Assembly (NCBI GenBank): GCA_019638695.1
Contig: JAHBTG010000001.1
Coordinates: 84,123-148,122 of the forward strand
Length of the DNA stretch: 64,000 bases
Reading direction: 5' to 3'
Source of the DNA: Bacteroidota bacterium
GTDB taxonomy: Bacteria; Bacteroidota; Bacteroidia; J057; JAJTIE01
In this document: one piece after another, positions 40,488 through 49,578 of the stretch
Layout of the letters: every line of letters starts with the position of its first letter
Numbering within the stretch: the stretch's first letter is position 1
Made by a program: the position numbers and the translations under genes
Notes under the pieces: generated by a model
The model's database searches: none
What the model was told of the DNA's origin: nothing
What the model saw: only the letters and a program-made list of their open reading frames with translations

Positions 40488-41333
40488 TTACGCCTTGAGC
40501 GTAAGCAGCGGGGTGGAGAGGGAGGAAGAGATATCCTCTGCAATGCTGCCCCGCAACAGGTGGGCAATGCCGGTGCGGCCGTGGGTGAGCATGGCAATGA
40601 GGTCTATCTTGAGGCGGTGGCTCAATCCCTGAATGCCTTCCTCCACGCTGTCATCATTGTGCACCACCAGTTCCACGTTGTTGTAGGGATACTTCGCGGT
40701 CAGTGCTTCAAACTGCTCATAGGCATGGCGGCTGGTGGCAAAGTTATTGCGGGTGTTGATGACCCCCACAAATAGCTTAGCCCCAAACATTTTGGCCACA
40801 TCCAGCACATGCGGATACACGGTATCCAGGTTATCCTGAAAGTCTGTGGCAAACAGGATATACTTGATACCATTAAAAGTAGCACCTTCCGGCACACTCA
40901 GCACCGGTATAGAACTGTGGCGGATCACACGTTCCGTATTGGTACCCACCAGTCCGCCATGCAGCAGGCCGGTCACACCACGTGTGCCCATGATGATCAG
41001 GTCCACACGTTCTTCGGGGATCTCTTCATAAAAACGCCAGGCGGGAATATCGGCTATCAGCTTACTGAAAAACTTGATATCCCGGGCTTCGGGGCGTTCT
41101 GTCAGGTGTTTGAGCTGCACAAGGATCTCCGAACGCAGCGAATTTTCTGCCGCGCTGTCTACCTGGTAGGTGAGGCCGCCGCCGCTTCCTGCCACCTGGT
41201 AATAGCTGCGCTCGTACACGTGTACGAGGTGGAACTTACTGTTGTTTTTGCGGGCGATCTCGCAGGCAAAGCTGAATGCGTTCAGGCTGGTTTCCGAAAA
41301 ATCGGTAGGATGTACAATGCTGTCGAATTTCAT
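40488..41333 (-). CDS. Universal stress protein, tandem Usp domains
   Basis: Two Usp ATP-binding-type motifs: MGTRGVTGLLHGGLVGTNTERVIRHSSIPVL and LTHGRTGIAHLLRGSIAEDISSSLSTPLL. Confidence 0.9.
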   Translation of the reverse strand: MKFDSIVHPTDFSETSLNAFSFACEIARKNNSKFHLVHVYERSYYQVAGSGGGLTYQVDSAAENSLRSEILVQLKHLTERPEARDIKFFSKLIADIPAWRFYEEIPEERVDLIIMGTRGVTGLLHGGLVGTNTERVIRHSSIPVLSVPEGATFNGIKYILFATDFQDNLDTVYPHVLDVAKMFGAKLFVGVINTRNNFATSRHAYEQFEALTAKYPYNNVELVVHNDDSVEEGIQGLSHRLKIDLIAMLTHGRTGIAHLLRGSIAEDISSSLSTPLLTLKA

Positions 41334-41507
41334 ATCAGTAAGGTTTAAAGAATGGATTCATTGGTTATCGCATCAAAATAAGGGATAAAAAACTCTTAAC
41401 AAAATGCCCCCCCTCATAAAAGGCATTACAGATAACTTACAAATTGCTTTTGTGCGTGTAGTGCACCAATAACACAATACCGACGTTATATTGCATATTA
41501 CTTTACT

Positions 41508-42236
41508 ATGGATCGCAGAGCATTTCTCAAGAACTCCGCGCTGGCAGGCACCGGCCTGGTGGTAGGCGGCAGCGTATTATCGGGTGTATTACAAGCCTGT
41601 GCCGGTGAACCGCATGGGGCGGAGAAAAACGCCTATTACACCCAGGCGCCCCTGCCCTATAGCTATGATGCCCTGGCACCTCACATAGATGCCAGGACCA
41701 TGGAAATACACTATGGCAAGCATCATGCAGGCTATATTCAGAAGCTGAATGACGCCGTAGCCAAACAACCCGAACTGGCAAGCCTGAGCCTGGAGCAACT
41801 GCTGGCGCAGCTGAAACCCGATGCATTTGCCTTGCGTAACAACGGTGGCGGCACCTGGAATCATACCTTCTTCTGGAACTGCCTGACCCCTGCCCAAACA
41901 ACGCCGAAAGGCCAACTGGCCGAAGCTATCCAGGCTAACTTTAACGACCTGGACGGATTCCGGAAAGTATTTGCCGACAAAGCCGCCGGCCTGTTTGGCT
42001 CCGGCTGGGTGTGGCTGATACAAGGGAAGGACGGCAAGTTGTTTGTAGCCACCACGCCCAACCAGGACAACCCGCTGATGCCTGCAGACTGGAGCCTGCC
42101 CCAGGGGAAACCCCTGCTGGCACTGGATGTGTGGGAGCATGCCTATTACCTGAACTACCAGAACCGGCGGGCAGAATATATCTCCCAGTTCTGGAATATT
42201 GTTAACTGGGATTTTGTCGCCAGGCAGTTGGCCTGA
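41508..42236 (+). CDS. sod: Fe/Mn superoxide dismutase with Tat-type signal peptide
   Basis: [14 protein letters not shown] twin-arginine leader; HYGKHH, FWNCL and DVWEHAYYL motifs. Confidence 0.95.
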   Translation: MDRRAFLKNSALAGTGLVVGGSVLSGVLQACAGEPHGAEKNAYYTQAPLPYSYDALAPHIDARTMEIHYGKHHAGYIQKLNDAVAKQPELASLSLEQLLAQLKPDAFALRNNGGGTWNHTFFWNCLTPAQTTPKGQLAEAIQANFNDLDGFRKVFADKAAGLFGSGWVWLIQGKDGKLFVATTPNQDNPLMPADWSLPQGKPLLALDVWEHAYYLNYQNRRAEYISQFWNIVNWDFVARQLA

Positions 42237-42288
42237 CCGCCGTCTTTGTGTTTCTTTGCCCCTCGTTTCTTTTTTTTGCCCAAACCCC

Positions 42289-42732
42289 ATGACCACAGGA
42301 GAGATCCACACCAATAAAGGTGTAATGAAACTAGAACTGTATGACAACGATGCCCCCGGCACGGTTGCCAATTTCGTAGACCTGGCGCAGCACGGCTATT
42401 ATGACGGCCTCACCTGGCACCGGGTGATCCCCAATTTTGTGATACAGGGCGGATGCCCCCGCGGTGACGGCACCGGCGGACCCGGGTATACTATCCAATG
42501 CGAACTGAATGGCGGCAACCAGTATCATGACCGCGGGGTGCTTTCCATGGCACACGCCGGGCGCAATACAGGCGGCAGCCAGTTCTTCATCTGCCACAGC
42601 CGGCAGAATACGGCGCATCTGGACGGCAATCACACCTGCTTCGGCCGCGTGACCGAGGGGCTGGAGGTGCTGGATGCCATCCGCGCCGGTGACAGCATAG
42701 ATAAGATCATTATCCATACTCCGCAGAACTAA
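42289..42732 (+). CDS. ppi: Peptidyl-prolyl cis-trans isomerase, cyclophilin type
   Basis: Start at [11 protein letters not shown] (ATG 42289); [13 protein letters not shown]; [16 protein letters not shown]. Confidence 0.95.
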   Translation: MTTGEIHTNKGVMKLELYDNDAPGTVANFVDLAQHGYYDGLTWHRVIPNFVIQGGCPRGDGTGGPGYTIQCELNGGNQYHDRGVLSMAHAGRNTGGSQFFICHSRQNTAHLDGNHTCFGRVTEGLEVLDAIRAGDSIDKIIIHTPQN

Positions 42733-42789
42733 AGCCTTGCCAAAGGTATCAGCTTTGCCCCGCGGACGGTACCCGCCCGAGGATATCTC

Positions 42790-43527
42790 ATGCAGCTTAA
42801 CCAACATACCCTCTCCGCTATTGTGGTAGCAGGCGGCACAGGCAGCCGCATGCAGCAGGCTTTGCCCAAGCAGTTTGCCTTACTGGCCGGCGAGCCTATA
42901 CTGGTGCATACGCTGCGTACCCTGCTCTCCTTCAAACCGGCTATACAGACGCTGGTGCTGGTCATGCACCCGGACTACCTGGATCACTGGAGGGCGCTGG
43001 CTCCCCAATACCTATCCGCCGGGGATATGGCACGCATCCACCTGGTGGCCGGCGGGGAGACCCGCACCCAAAGCGTATGGCACGGACTGGAACTGGTCAC
43101 CCAGCGGCACTCCCCGGGAGGTAAAACGGAGCATAGCCTGGTAGCCATACAAGACGGGGTGCGTCCACTGTTAACTACACACCTGCTACGCGCGTGCTAT
43201 GACTCCGCCGCCAAACGGGGCAGCGGAGTAGCCGCAGTGCCGGTGAAAAGCTCGCTGCGCCGGGTAACGCCTCAGGGCAGCTCAGCAGTGGACAGAAGTG
43301 AATACTTTGCCGTGCAAACGCCCCAAACCTTCCGGCTGGCGCAGGTCCTGGACGCTTACCGCAAACTGCATGATGACCCTGCAGGTTACACGGACGATGC
43401 TTCACTGGTGGAAGCGGCAGGATTTGCGGTGCATCTCTGCCCCGGCAGTTACGAGAACCTTAAGATCACCTCCCCCGCAGACCTGGAGGTGGCCGAACAG
43501 ATCTTGCGCAAAAGAGCTGAGGACTAA
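42790..43527 (+). CDS. ispD: 2-C-methyl-D-erythritol 4-phosphate cytidylyltransferase
   Basis: AIVVAGGTGSRM P-loop-like motif, GGETRTQSV, and ...YTDDASLVE. Confidence 0.9.
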   Translation: MQLNQHTLSAIVVAGGTGSRMQQALPKQFALLAGEPILVHTLRTLLSFKPAIQTLVLVMHPDYLDHWRALAPQYLSAGDMARIHLVAGGETRTQSVWHGLELVTQRHSPGGKTEHSLVAIQDGVRPLLTTHLLRACYDSAAKRGSGVAAVPVKSSLRRVTPQGSSAVDRSEYFAVQTPQTFRLAQVLDAYRKLHDDPAGYTDDASLVEAAGFAVHLCPGSYENLKITSPADLEVAEQILRKRAED

Positions 43528-44513
43528 ACCTGTAAACCCAAACGCCCGGCTTCCCGGGCCAGTCTTTGCGGGTCTATGGGCGCCACACCGGGCTGTTCGC
43601 AGACTAGTCCGCCGGCCAGGTTGGCCAATGCAGCGGCCGTTACGGGAGATAAGCCGCAGCTGAGCGCTGCCGCCATTACACTGATCACGGTATCTCCGGC
43701 TCCGCTCACATCGCGTATCTGGCGCAAATGAGCTGGGATATGATGCGCCTGACCGTCTTGGTCCACCAGCAACACCCCGTGTTCGCTCAAGGTGATCATC
43801 GTATGCCGGTGGGGCATACGCGTGCGCAGGCTGAGGGCTGCCGCTGCGATACCCGCCAGGTCGCCGCGTTGCAACTGCAGCGCCATCGCCTCATTCAGTT
43901 CCTTAAGGTTAGGTTTAAAAACGGTACTTTCCCGGTAGTACAGGAAATTGGCAAACTTGGGGTCCACCAGTACGGGGATACCCCGCTGACGGGCAAGGGT
44001 AGTGATATGCGCTATCAGATCTGCATTGAGCAACCCTTTGTCGTAATCTTCAAAGATGACGGCATCCAGGGGCTGATGTTGCACCAACCCGGTCAGTATC
44101 TCTTTCAGCAAAGCCTGTGCGTGTGCGCTCAATGCGCCTTTATCCTCCTTATCCACGCGCAGCATCTGCTGGTTACTGCCCAATACGCGCATCTTGGTAG
44201 TGGTGCGGCGATCTTCCAGGGCAAGGATGCCGTCTGCGGGCAACCCATGCCGGGCCATCAAGGCAAGAAATTGCTCCCCTTCCACCAGTTCACGACCGAT
44301 CACCCCACAAAGTACCGGCTGTGCACCCAGGCTCAGCAGGTTGAATGCCACATTAGCTGCACCGCCCAGCCGGTATTCTTCCCGCTCCACATCTACTACC
44401 GGCACAGGTGCTTCTGGGGAAATGCGTTCTACCCTACCCCACAGGTACATATCCAGCATGAGGTCTCCCACAACCAGGATACGCTTTTGACGAATATCTT
44501 GAAAGAAACTCAC
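43524..44513 (-). CDS. rfaE: D-glycero-beta-D-manno-heptose-7-phosphate kinase (RfaE/HldE domain I, PfkB family)
   Basis: ILVVGDLMLDMYLWGRVERISPEAPVPVV and PfkB signature DVSGAGDTVISVMAAAL. Confidence 0.85.
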   Translation of the reverse strand: MSFFQDIRQKRILVVGDLMLDMYLWGRVERISPEAPVPVVDVEREEYRLGGAANVAFNLLSLGAQPVLCGVIGRELVEGEQFLALMARHGLPADGILALEDRRTTTKMRVLGSNQQMLRVDKEDKGALSAHAQALLKEILTGLVQHQPLDAVIFEDYDKGLLNADLIAHITTLARQRGIPVLVDPKFANFLYYRESTVFKPNLKELNEAMALQLQRGDLAGIAAAALSLRTRMPHRHTMITLSEHGVLLVDQDGQAHHIPAHLRQIRDVSGAGDTVISVMAAALSCGLSPVTAAALANLAGGLVCEQPGVAPIDPQRLAREAGRLGLQV

Positions 44514-45718
44514 TTCAGGGCATATAGAGCTTGCGCCATGCGGCTAATCGCCTCAGCAATCACCTCTTCGCTGGTGGCATAGGATAACCGGATGTGCGTG
44601 TGTGAACCAAAAGCGGTACCGCTCACGGTACTCACCCGCGCTTTGTCCAGCAGGTAAAGTGCCAGGGCATCGGTATCTGTCATCACCTGGCCGTCAGTGC
44701 TGTGCTTGCCCAGGAAAGCAGAGACATCTGCATAGAAATAAAAAGCGCCTTCTGGGGTAGGTAATTGTACCTCGGGCAACAGTTCTGCAAAACGGGCCAG
44801 GCCCTTATCCCGGCGGGCCTTGTAGGCTGCCTTCATCTGCCAGGTGGGCTCCATGGGGCCAGTCATGGCAGCCAACGCAGCCATCTGGCTGATGCTGCTG
44901 GCACCGCTGGTCACCTGCCCCTGGAACTTGCTGCACAGCTGGATGATCCACTCGGGGGCTGCCGTAAAACCTATGCGCCAGCCCGTCATGGCAAAAGCCT
45001 TGGATACGCCGTTGATAGTGACGGTACGCTCCCGGAACCCGGGGAGGGTGGCCGGGCTCAGCACCTGGGTATCATAGCTCAGCAAAGTATAAATCTCGTC
45101 GGAAACCACAAAAATTTCCGGGCGGGCGGCCAGTACGTCAAACAAGGCACGGGTCTCTTCCGGCGTATAGACCATGCCTGTCGGGTTGCTGGGACTGTTG
45201 AACAGAAACAGCCGTGTGCGCGGCGTCAGTGCGGCTTCCAGCTGGGCGGGGGTTATTTTATAGCCCTGTTCTGTGCCGGCATAGACCAGCACAGGCACCC
45301 CGTCTGCCATCTGCACCATGGAGGCATAACTCACCCAGAAGGGAGCCGGAATGATCACTTCATCTCCGGGATTGAGCAAGGCCGTAAACACATTGTAAAG
45401 ACTCTGCTTGGCGCCGGTAGATACCATGATCTCATTGGGCACATAGTCGGTCCCATGATGATGATTCAGAAAGGCCGCCACCGCAGTACGCAGCTCCGGG
45501 TAACCATTCAAAGGAGGGTATTGCGTGATATTATCTTGTATAGCCTGAATGGCTGCGGCTTTTACATGATCCGGCGTGTTGAAGTCGGGTTCGCCCAAAG
45601 TCAGGTTCAGGATATCCAGCCCCTGGGCCTTAAGCGCACGGGTCTTGGCCGCCATGGCCAGTGTGGCAGATTCCTCTATGCTACGCAGCTTGGCACTGCC
45701 GGGAGGCGTGATCGTCAT
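44510..45718 (-). CDS. Aspartate/aromatic-type PLP-dependent aminotransferase (class I)
   Basis: ILNLTLGEPDFNTP, NPSNPTG, and PLP-lysine SKAFAMTGWRIG. ATGA-type overlap with rfaE. Confidence 0.9.
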   Translation of the reverse strand: MTITPPGSAKLRSIEESATLAMAAKTRALKAQGLDILNLTLGEPDFNTPDHVKAAAIQAIQDNITQYPPLNGYPELRTAVAAFLNHHHGTDYVPNEIMVSTGAKQSLYNVFTALLNPGDEVIIPAPFWVSYASMVQMADGVPVLVYAGTEQGYKITPAQLEAALTPRTRLFLFNSPSNPTGMVYTPEETRALFDVLAARPEIFVVSDEIYTLLSYDTQVLSPATLPGFRERTVTINGVSKAFAMTGWRIGFTAAPEWIIQLCSKFQGQVTSGASSISQMAALAAMTGPMEPTWQMKAAYKARRDKGLARFAELLPEVQLPTPEGAFYFYADVSAFLGKHSTDGQVMTDTDALALYLLDKARVSTVSGTAFGSHTHIRLSYATSEEVIAEAISRMAQALYALK

Positions 45719-45793
45719 GGGAGAAAAGGTTAAGGGGAGAATAACGGCAGAAAGAAATAAGGCGGAAGATAGCAGAAAAGCGGGTATTCGGGG

Positions 45794-46474
45794 CTATTTT
45801 TCCAGGGTTTGGCCAATTTCCATAAGCGTCAGCTGTTTGCCCGCCTGGGCAAATACCTGCCGGGAGCGGTCATGGTCTACCCGGATAAAGCCAAAAGTAT
45901 CGTAGTGCATACCGATCACATCCGCACACTGTATAAAGTCTGCACAGGTAACCGCATCCTGAACATCCATGGTAAAATTGTCTCCGATAGGCAGGAAAGC
46001 AAAATCCAGCTTATGCCGGCGAGGGATCAGCTGCATATTGAGCGAGAGCGCCGTATCTCCTGCATAATAGAACGCCTTACCTTCGCTCTCCACCACATAG
46101 CCCATAGGATTGCCGCCATAAGTGCCGTCGGGAAAGCTGCTGCTATGCACCGCCTCCACGCAACGCACCCGGCCAAAGGGGAACTGCCAGTTACCGCCCA
46201 GGTTCATGGGGTGGGTCTTGAGGCCCTGCTTCTCACACCACACATGTACTTCCCAGGAACCGACCACGGTGGCACCGGTGCGCTGCGCAATAGACACCAG
46301 GTCTGCCATATGGTCCTGGTGGGCATGACTGAGCAGGATATAGTCCGCCGGCACTTCGTCGGCCCGCACCCGGCCCTGCGCCAGCTCATTGTACGTAATA
46401 AAGGGGTCTAACAACAGATGAACCCCTGCCGTATGTATGCCAAAGCATGAATGGCCGTAGTAGGTAATTTTCAT
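45794..46474 (-). CDS. Metal-dependent hydrolase, MBL fold (UPF0173 family)
   Basis: MKITYYGHSCFGI...LLDPF and the HAHQDH metal-binding motif. Confidence 0.85.
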   Translation of the reverse strand: MKITYYGHSCFGIHTAGVHLLLDPFITYNELAQGRVRADEVPADYILLSHAHQDHMADLVSIAQRTGATVVGSWEVHVWCEKQGLKTHPMNLGGNWQFPFGRVRCVEAVHSSSFPDGTYGGNPMGYVVESEGKAFYYAGDTALSLNMQLIPRRHKLDFAFLPIGDNFTMDVQDAVTCADFIQCADVIGMHYDTFGFIRVDHDRSRQVFAQAGKQLTLMEIGQTLEK

Positions 46475-46486
46475 GAGAAGAGGAAT

Positions 46487-46494
46487 TATTTTTG
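46487..46494 (+). promoter_or_regulatory. Bacteroidota -7 box TAnnTTTG (TATTTTTG) upstream of the FMN reductase gene
   Basis: Exact consensus match, 54 nt before ATG 46549. Confidence 0.35.
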
Positions 46495-46548
46495 CAGCGC
46501 CTATGGTTTCCGTTGCAAGATATTTTCCTTAACCCAAGGGTGCAAGTC

Positions 46549-47067
46549 ATGACCTCTATTATATCGGCCACACACCGGCCCAACAGCTATACACACCGGG
46601 TTGCCAGTTGGCTCTACCGTGAACTGCAGAACGAGATACCCAACCTCCAGTTTATAGACCTGCAGGATCTGCCGCATACATTCCTGTTTGACGACCTGTA
46701 TGGCAAGCGCAGCGAGGCATTCGGCAAGATGGAAAAGCAACTGCGGAACACCGGCAAATTCCTGTTCGTGGTGCCCGAATACAACGGCAGCATTCCCGGG
46801 GTGGTCAAACTGTTGATAGACGCCCTGCCGCGCGATGTGTTCTCAGGCAAAAAAGCCGCCATGGCAGGGGTAAGCAGCGGCAAGTTTGGCAACCTGCGCG
46901 GACTGGAGCACCTTAACGGTATCTTCAACTACATCCAGCTGCATACCCTGCCCTTCCGGGCGCACCTGCCCAGGATAGAGACGGTGATCAGTCCCGAAGG
47001 CGAAATCACAGACGCGGCGGCGGAGAAGGAACTGCGCATCCTCATGGAGCGGTTCGCGGCATTCTAG
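46549..47067 (+). CDS. NAD(P)H-dependent FMN reductase-family oxidoreductase
   Basis: Start at MTSIISATHRPNS (ATG 46549); flavodoxin-like VVPEYNGSIPGVVKLLID. Confidence 0.8.
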   Translation: MTSIISATHRPNSYTHRVASWLYRELQNEIPNLQFIDLQDLPHTFLFDDLYGKRSEAFGKMEKQLRNTGKFLFVVPEYNGSIPGVVKLLIDALPRDVFSGKKAAMAGVSSGKFGNLRGLEHLNGIFNYIQLHTLPFRAHLPRIETVISPEGEITDAAAEKELRILMERFAAF

Positions 47068-47249
47068 CCGTCCGGGACTTTACCACTGGCCAGCCTGCAG
47101 AGGTAGTTTATCTTTAGTTTAAGACTGTGTAAACCTTTTCGGCAACGTTTAGGGTTCTACGCAGTATACAAGAGATGTGTATAGTTTATGCACCTTTTGC
47201 ACCCGGATTACGTAGTATATTTAGGCAACACCTCTAACGCTTTTCAGCC

Positions 47250-47885
47250 ATGTTCTTTGCCGTGCACCCTCTGAAACGGATGATAGCCGAAGGTGAGGGA
47301 CCCACACAGGACTTCAAGAAGACCATATCCAGCGCAGCCAAGATCGCCAAGAGCCTGGTGGCTTTTGCCAACACCAAAGGCGGGCGCCTGCTGGTGGGCG
47401 TGCGGGATAATGGCAGCATAGCCGGGGCAGACCTGGCGGAAGAAAGCTACATGATAGAAAATGCGGCACAGGTATTCTGTAACCCACCGGTACGTTTTGA
47501 GCTGTTTGCCCACGAATACCAGGGACTGCGTGTGCTGGAAGTAGTGATCCCCGAGAGCAGGGAAAAACCCCATACGGCCAAAGGCGACGATGGCAGATGG
47601 TGGGCTTATATCCGGGTGAACGACCAGAGTGTGCTGGCCAGCAAAGTGGCAGTGGATGTTTTGCGCCGGGAAGCTGCCGGAGAGTCCACCGTGATCTCCT
47701 TCAGCGGTAAGGAGAAGGCCCTGATGGAATACCTGGACCGGCACAAGCGGATCACACTCACAGAGTTTTGCAAGCTGCTCAATCTCAGCCGCCGGGCGGC
47801 CATGCGTACGATGGTAGACCTGGTAAGCGCCGGGGTTATCCGCGTGCACCATACGGAGAACCCGGAGTTCTATACGCAGGTATAG
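47250..47885 (+). CDS. AlbA_2 (Schlafen-like divergent AAA) domain protein with C-terminal winged-helix
   Basis: EGEGPTQDFKKTI...IAKSLVAFANTKGGRLLVGVRDNGSIAG (AlbA_2 signature) and C-terminal ITLTEFCKLLNLSRRAAMRTMVDLVSAGVI (wHTH). Alternative start ATG 47280. Confidence 0.75.
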   Translation: MFFAVHPLKRMIAEGEGPTQDFKKTISSAAKIAKSLVAFANTKGGRLLVGVRDNGSIAGADLAEESYMIENAAQVFCNPPVRFELFAHEYQGLRVLEVVIPESREKPHTAKGDDGRWWAYIRVNDQSVLASKVAVDVLRREAAGESTVISFSGKEKALMEYLDRHKRITLTEFCKLLNLSRRAAMRTMVDLVSAGVIRVHHTENPEFYTQV

Positions 47886-47888
47886 GTA

Positions 47889-48515
47889 TTAACCGAGCTT
47901 CCACTGCAGGAAAGCCACCATCAGCTCCCAGGAACCGGGGACCAGGACAAACGTAAGCAGCATCCCGGCAATAGCACCCCAGAAGTGCGCGTCATGTGCA
48001 ATGCGGTCTGCATGCTGCCGGGCGGCCACATAGCTGAACACCAGGTACAGGATACCGAATAGCCAGGCCTTAATGGGTATTACAACCAAAATCAAAGAGG
48101 TCTCCGGGTAAAGCGTGATAAAGCTGAACAGGATGCCCGCAATGGCCCCGGAGGCCCCCAATGCAGAGTAGGCCGGGTTATCTTTATGCTTGATGACCAA
48201 CGGCAGGCTGGAAACCGCCAGGGAGACCACGTAAATACCCGCAAAAGCCAGCCCGCCTACTACCTGCTCCAGCAGAAAAGCAAAATTGTAGAACACGAAC
48301 ATATTGAAGAACAGGTGCAGCCAGTCTCCATGCACAAGGCCCGCGCTAAAGAGGCGGTAGAACTGCTTATTGCGCACCATGCTATAAGGGTGCAGGATGA
48401 AACGCGCCTGGATACCCCGCTGAGGGGCCATCAGGTCCATAAGACTGGTCGCCAGGGTAAGCCCGAAGATAAAGCTGGCTACCGGCGCGCTTTTAATGGT
48501 TTGGACAATATCCAT
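47889..48515 (-). CDS. Rhomboid-family intramembrane serine protease
   Basis: Six TM helices, catalytic GASGAIAG and a downstream His (AHFWGAIAG). Confidence 0.9.
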   Translation of the reverse strand: MDIVQTIKSAPVASFIFGLTLATSLMDLMAPQRGIQARFILHPYSMVRNKQFYRLFSAGLVHGDWLHLFFNMFVFYNFAFLLEQVVGGLAFAGIYVVSLAVSSLPLVIKHKDNPAYSALGASGAIAGILFSFITLYPETSLILVVIPIKAWLFGILYLVFSYVAARQHADRIAHDAHFWGAIAGMLLTFVLVPGSWELMVAFLQWKLG

Positions 48516-48535
48516 ACATCTGCAAGAACAAGGTA

Positions 48536-49534
48536 TTAGTAGGCACGGGTGAGCACTTCGCTCAGGTACTCATGCAATATCTGCAACGCAGGGTTAGGCA
48601 AAAGAGGCTGCAGCCGGGCTTCTGCCTGGCGCCGGTAATCTACAATCAGGTCCCGTGTGCGGGTGGGCAGATCCAGGTTATCATATAACGCCCGCACGGC
48701 AGCCACCTTGGCCTCGGGCTGGTCCTGCACGGACGCCCAGTACTGAAGGGCCTGCAGCTGGGCAGGGTCGGCCAGTTCGTGCGCCCTGAGCCAGAGGTAG
48801 GTCTTTTTGTTCTCAATAATGTCTCCGCCGGGCTGTTTGCCAAACTTGTCTGCTTCGGCATACACATCCAGCAGATCATCCAGCAACTGGAACGCAATGC
48901 CCATGAGGCGGCCATAGCGGTCCAGGGCTTCCGGCGCGCCTGGGGGGGCTTGTGCCGCCAACGCGCCAATGCACAAGCTTCCGCCAATGAGCGCAGCCGT
49001 CTTCTGCTCAATCATGGCCATATAATCTGCAAGAGTAGCCGCTTCGGCTGCTGCCAGTTCCATATCGCGCATCTGGCCCTCGCATACTTCCAGGGCGGCC
49101 TGGCTATAGCACCGGATGAGTGCGGCAGCCTGCTGCGGGAAAGCTTGCACCAAAAGCTGTTGGGTATAGGCATAGAGGGCATCCCCGGCAAGGATGGCGG
49201 TGCTGCTATCCCAGCGGGCATGCACGGTGGGCTGTCCCCTGCGTGTGGGCGCATTGTCCATAATATCATCATGGACCAGTGTAAAGTTATGGAACAGCTC
49301 CAGCGCCAGGGCGGCTGGCATACAAGACGTATGATCGGGCTGCCAGGCCCGGTAAGCCAGCAGGCACAGTAAGGGGCGGGTACGCTTGGCGGGCAGTTCC
49401 AGCAGATAAGCCGCAGGGGCATACAATCGCCGGGGTGCGCGCTCGGCAAGGCGCAAAGCGCCGAGGGCTTCGTTAATCTCCTGTTGCAGTATCGGGATAG
49501 TGGACTGGGACATGAAAACGGCAGGGACGGACAT
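48536..49534 (-). CDS. Polyprenyl diphosphate synthase (trans-isoprenyl, GGPP/longer-chain)
   Basis: First and second Asp-rich motifs LVHDDIMD and FQLLDDLLD. Alternative start ATG 49513. Confidence 0.9.
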   Translation of the reverse strand: MSVPAVFMSQSTIPILQQEINEALGALRLAERAPRRLYAPAAYLLELPAKRTRPLLCLLAYRAWQPDHTSCMPAALALELFHNFTLVHDDIMDNAPTRRGQPTVHARWDSSTAILAGDALYAYTQQLLVQAFPQQAAALIRCYSQAALEVCEGQMRDMELAAAEAATLADYMAMIEQKTAALIGGSLCIGALAAQAPPGAPEALDRYGRLMGIAFQLLDDLLDVYAEADKFGKQPGGDIIENKKTYLWLRAHELADPAQLQALQYWASVQDQPEAKVAAVRALYDNLDLPTRTRDLIVDYRRQAEARLQPLLPNPALQILHEYLSEVLTRAY

Positions 49535-49578
49535 GGGTATTCTCCGGCAATAGGATCAACAAATATACAGGAACACCC

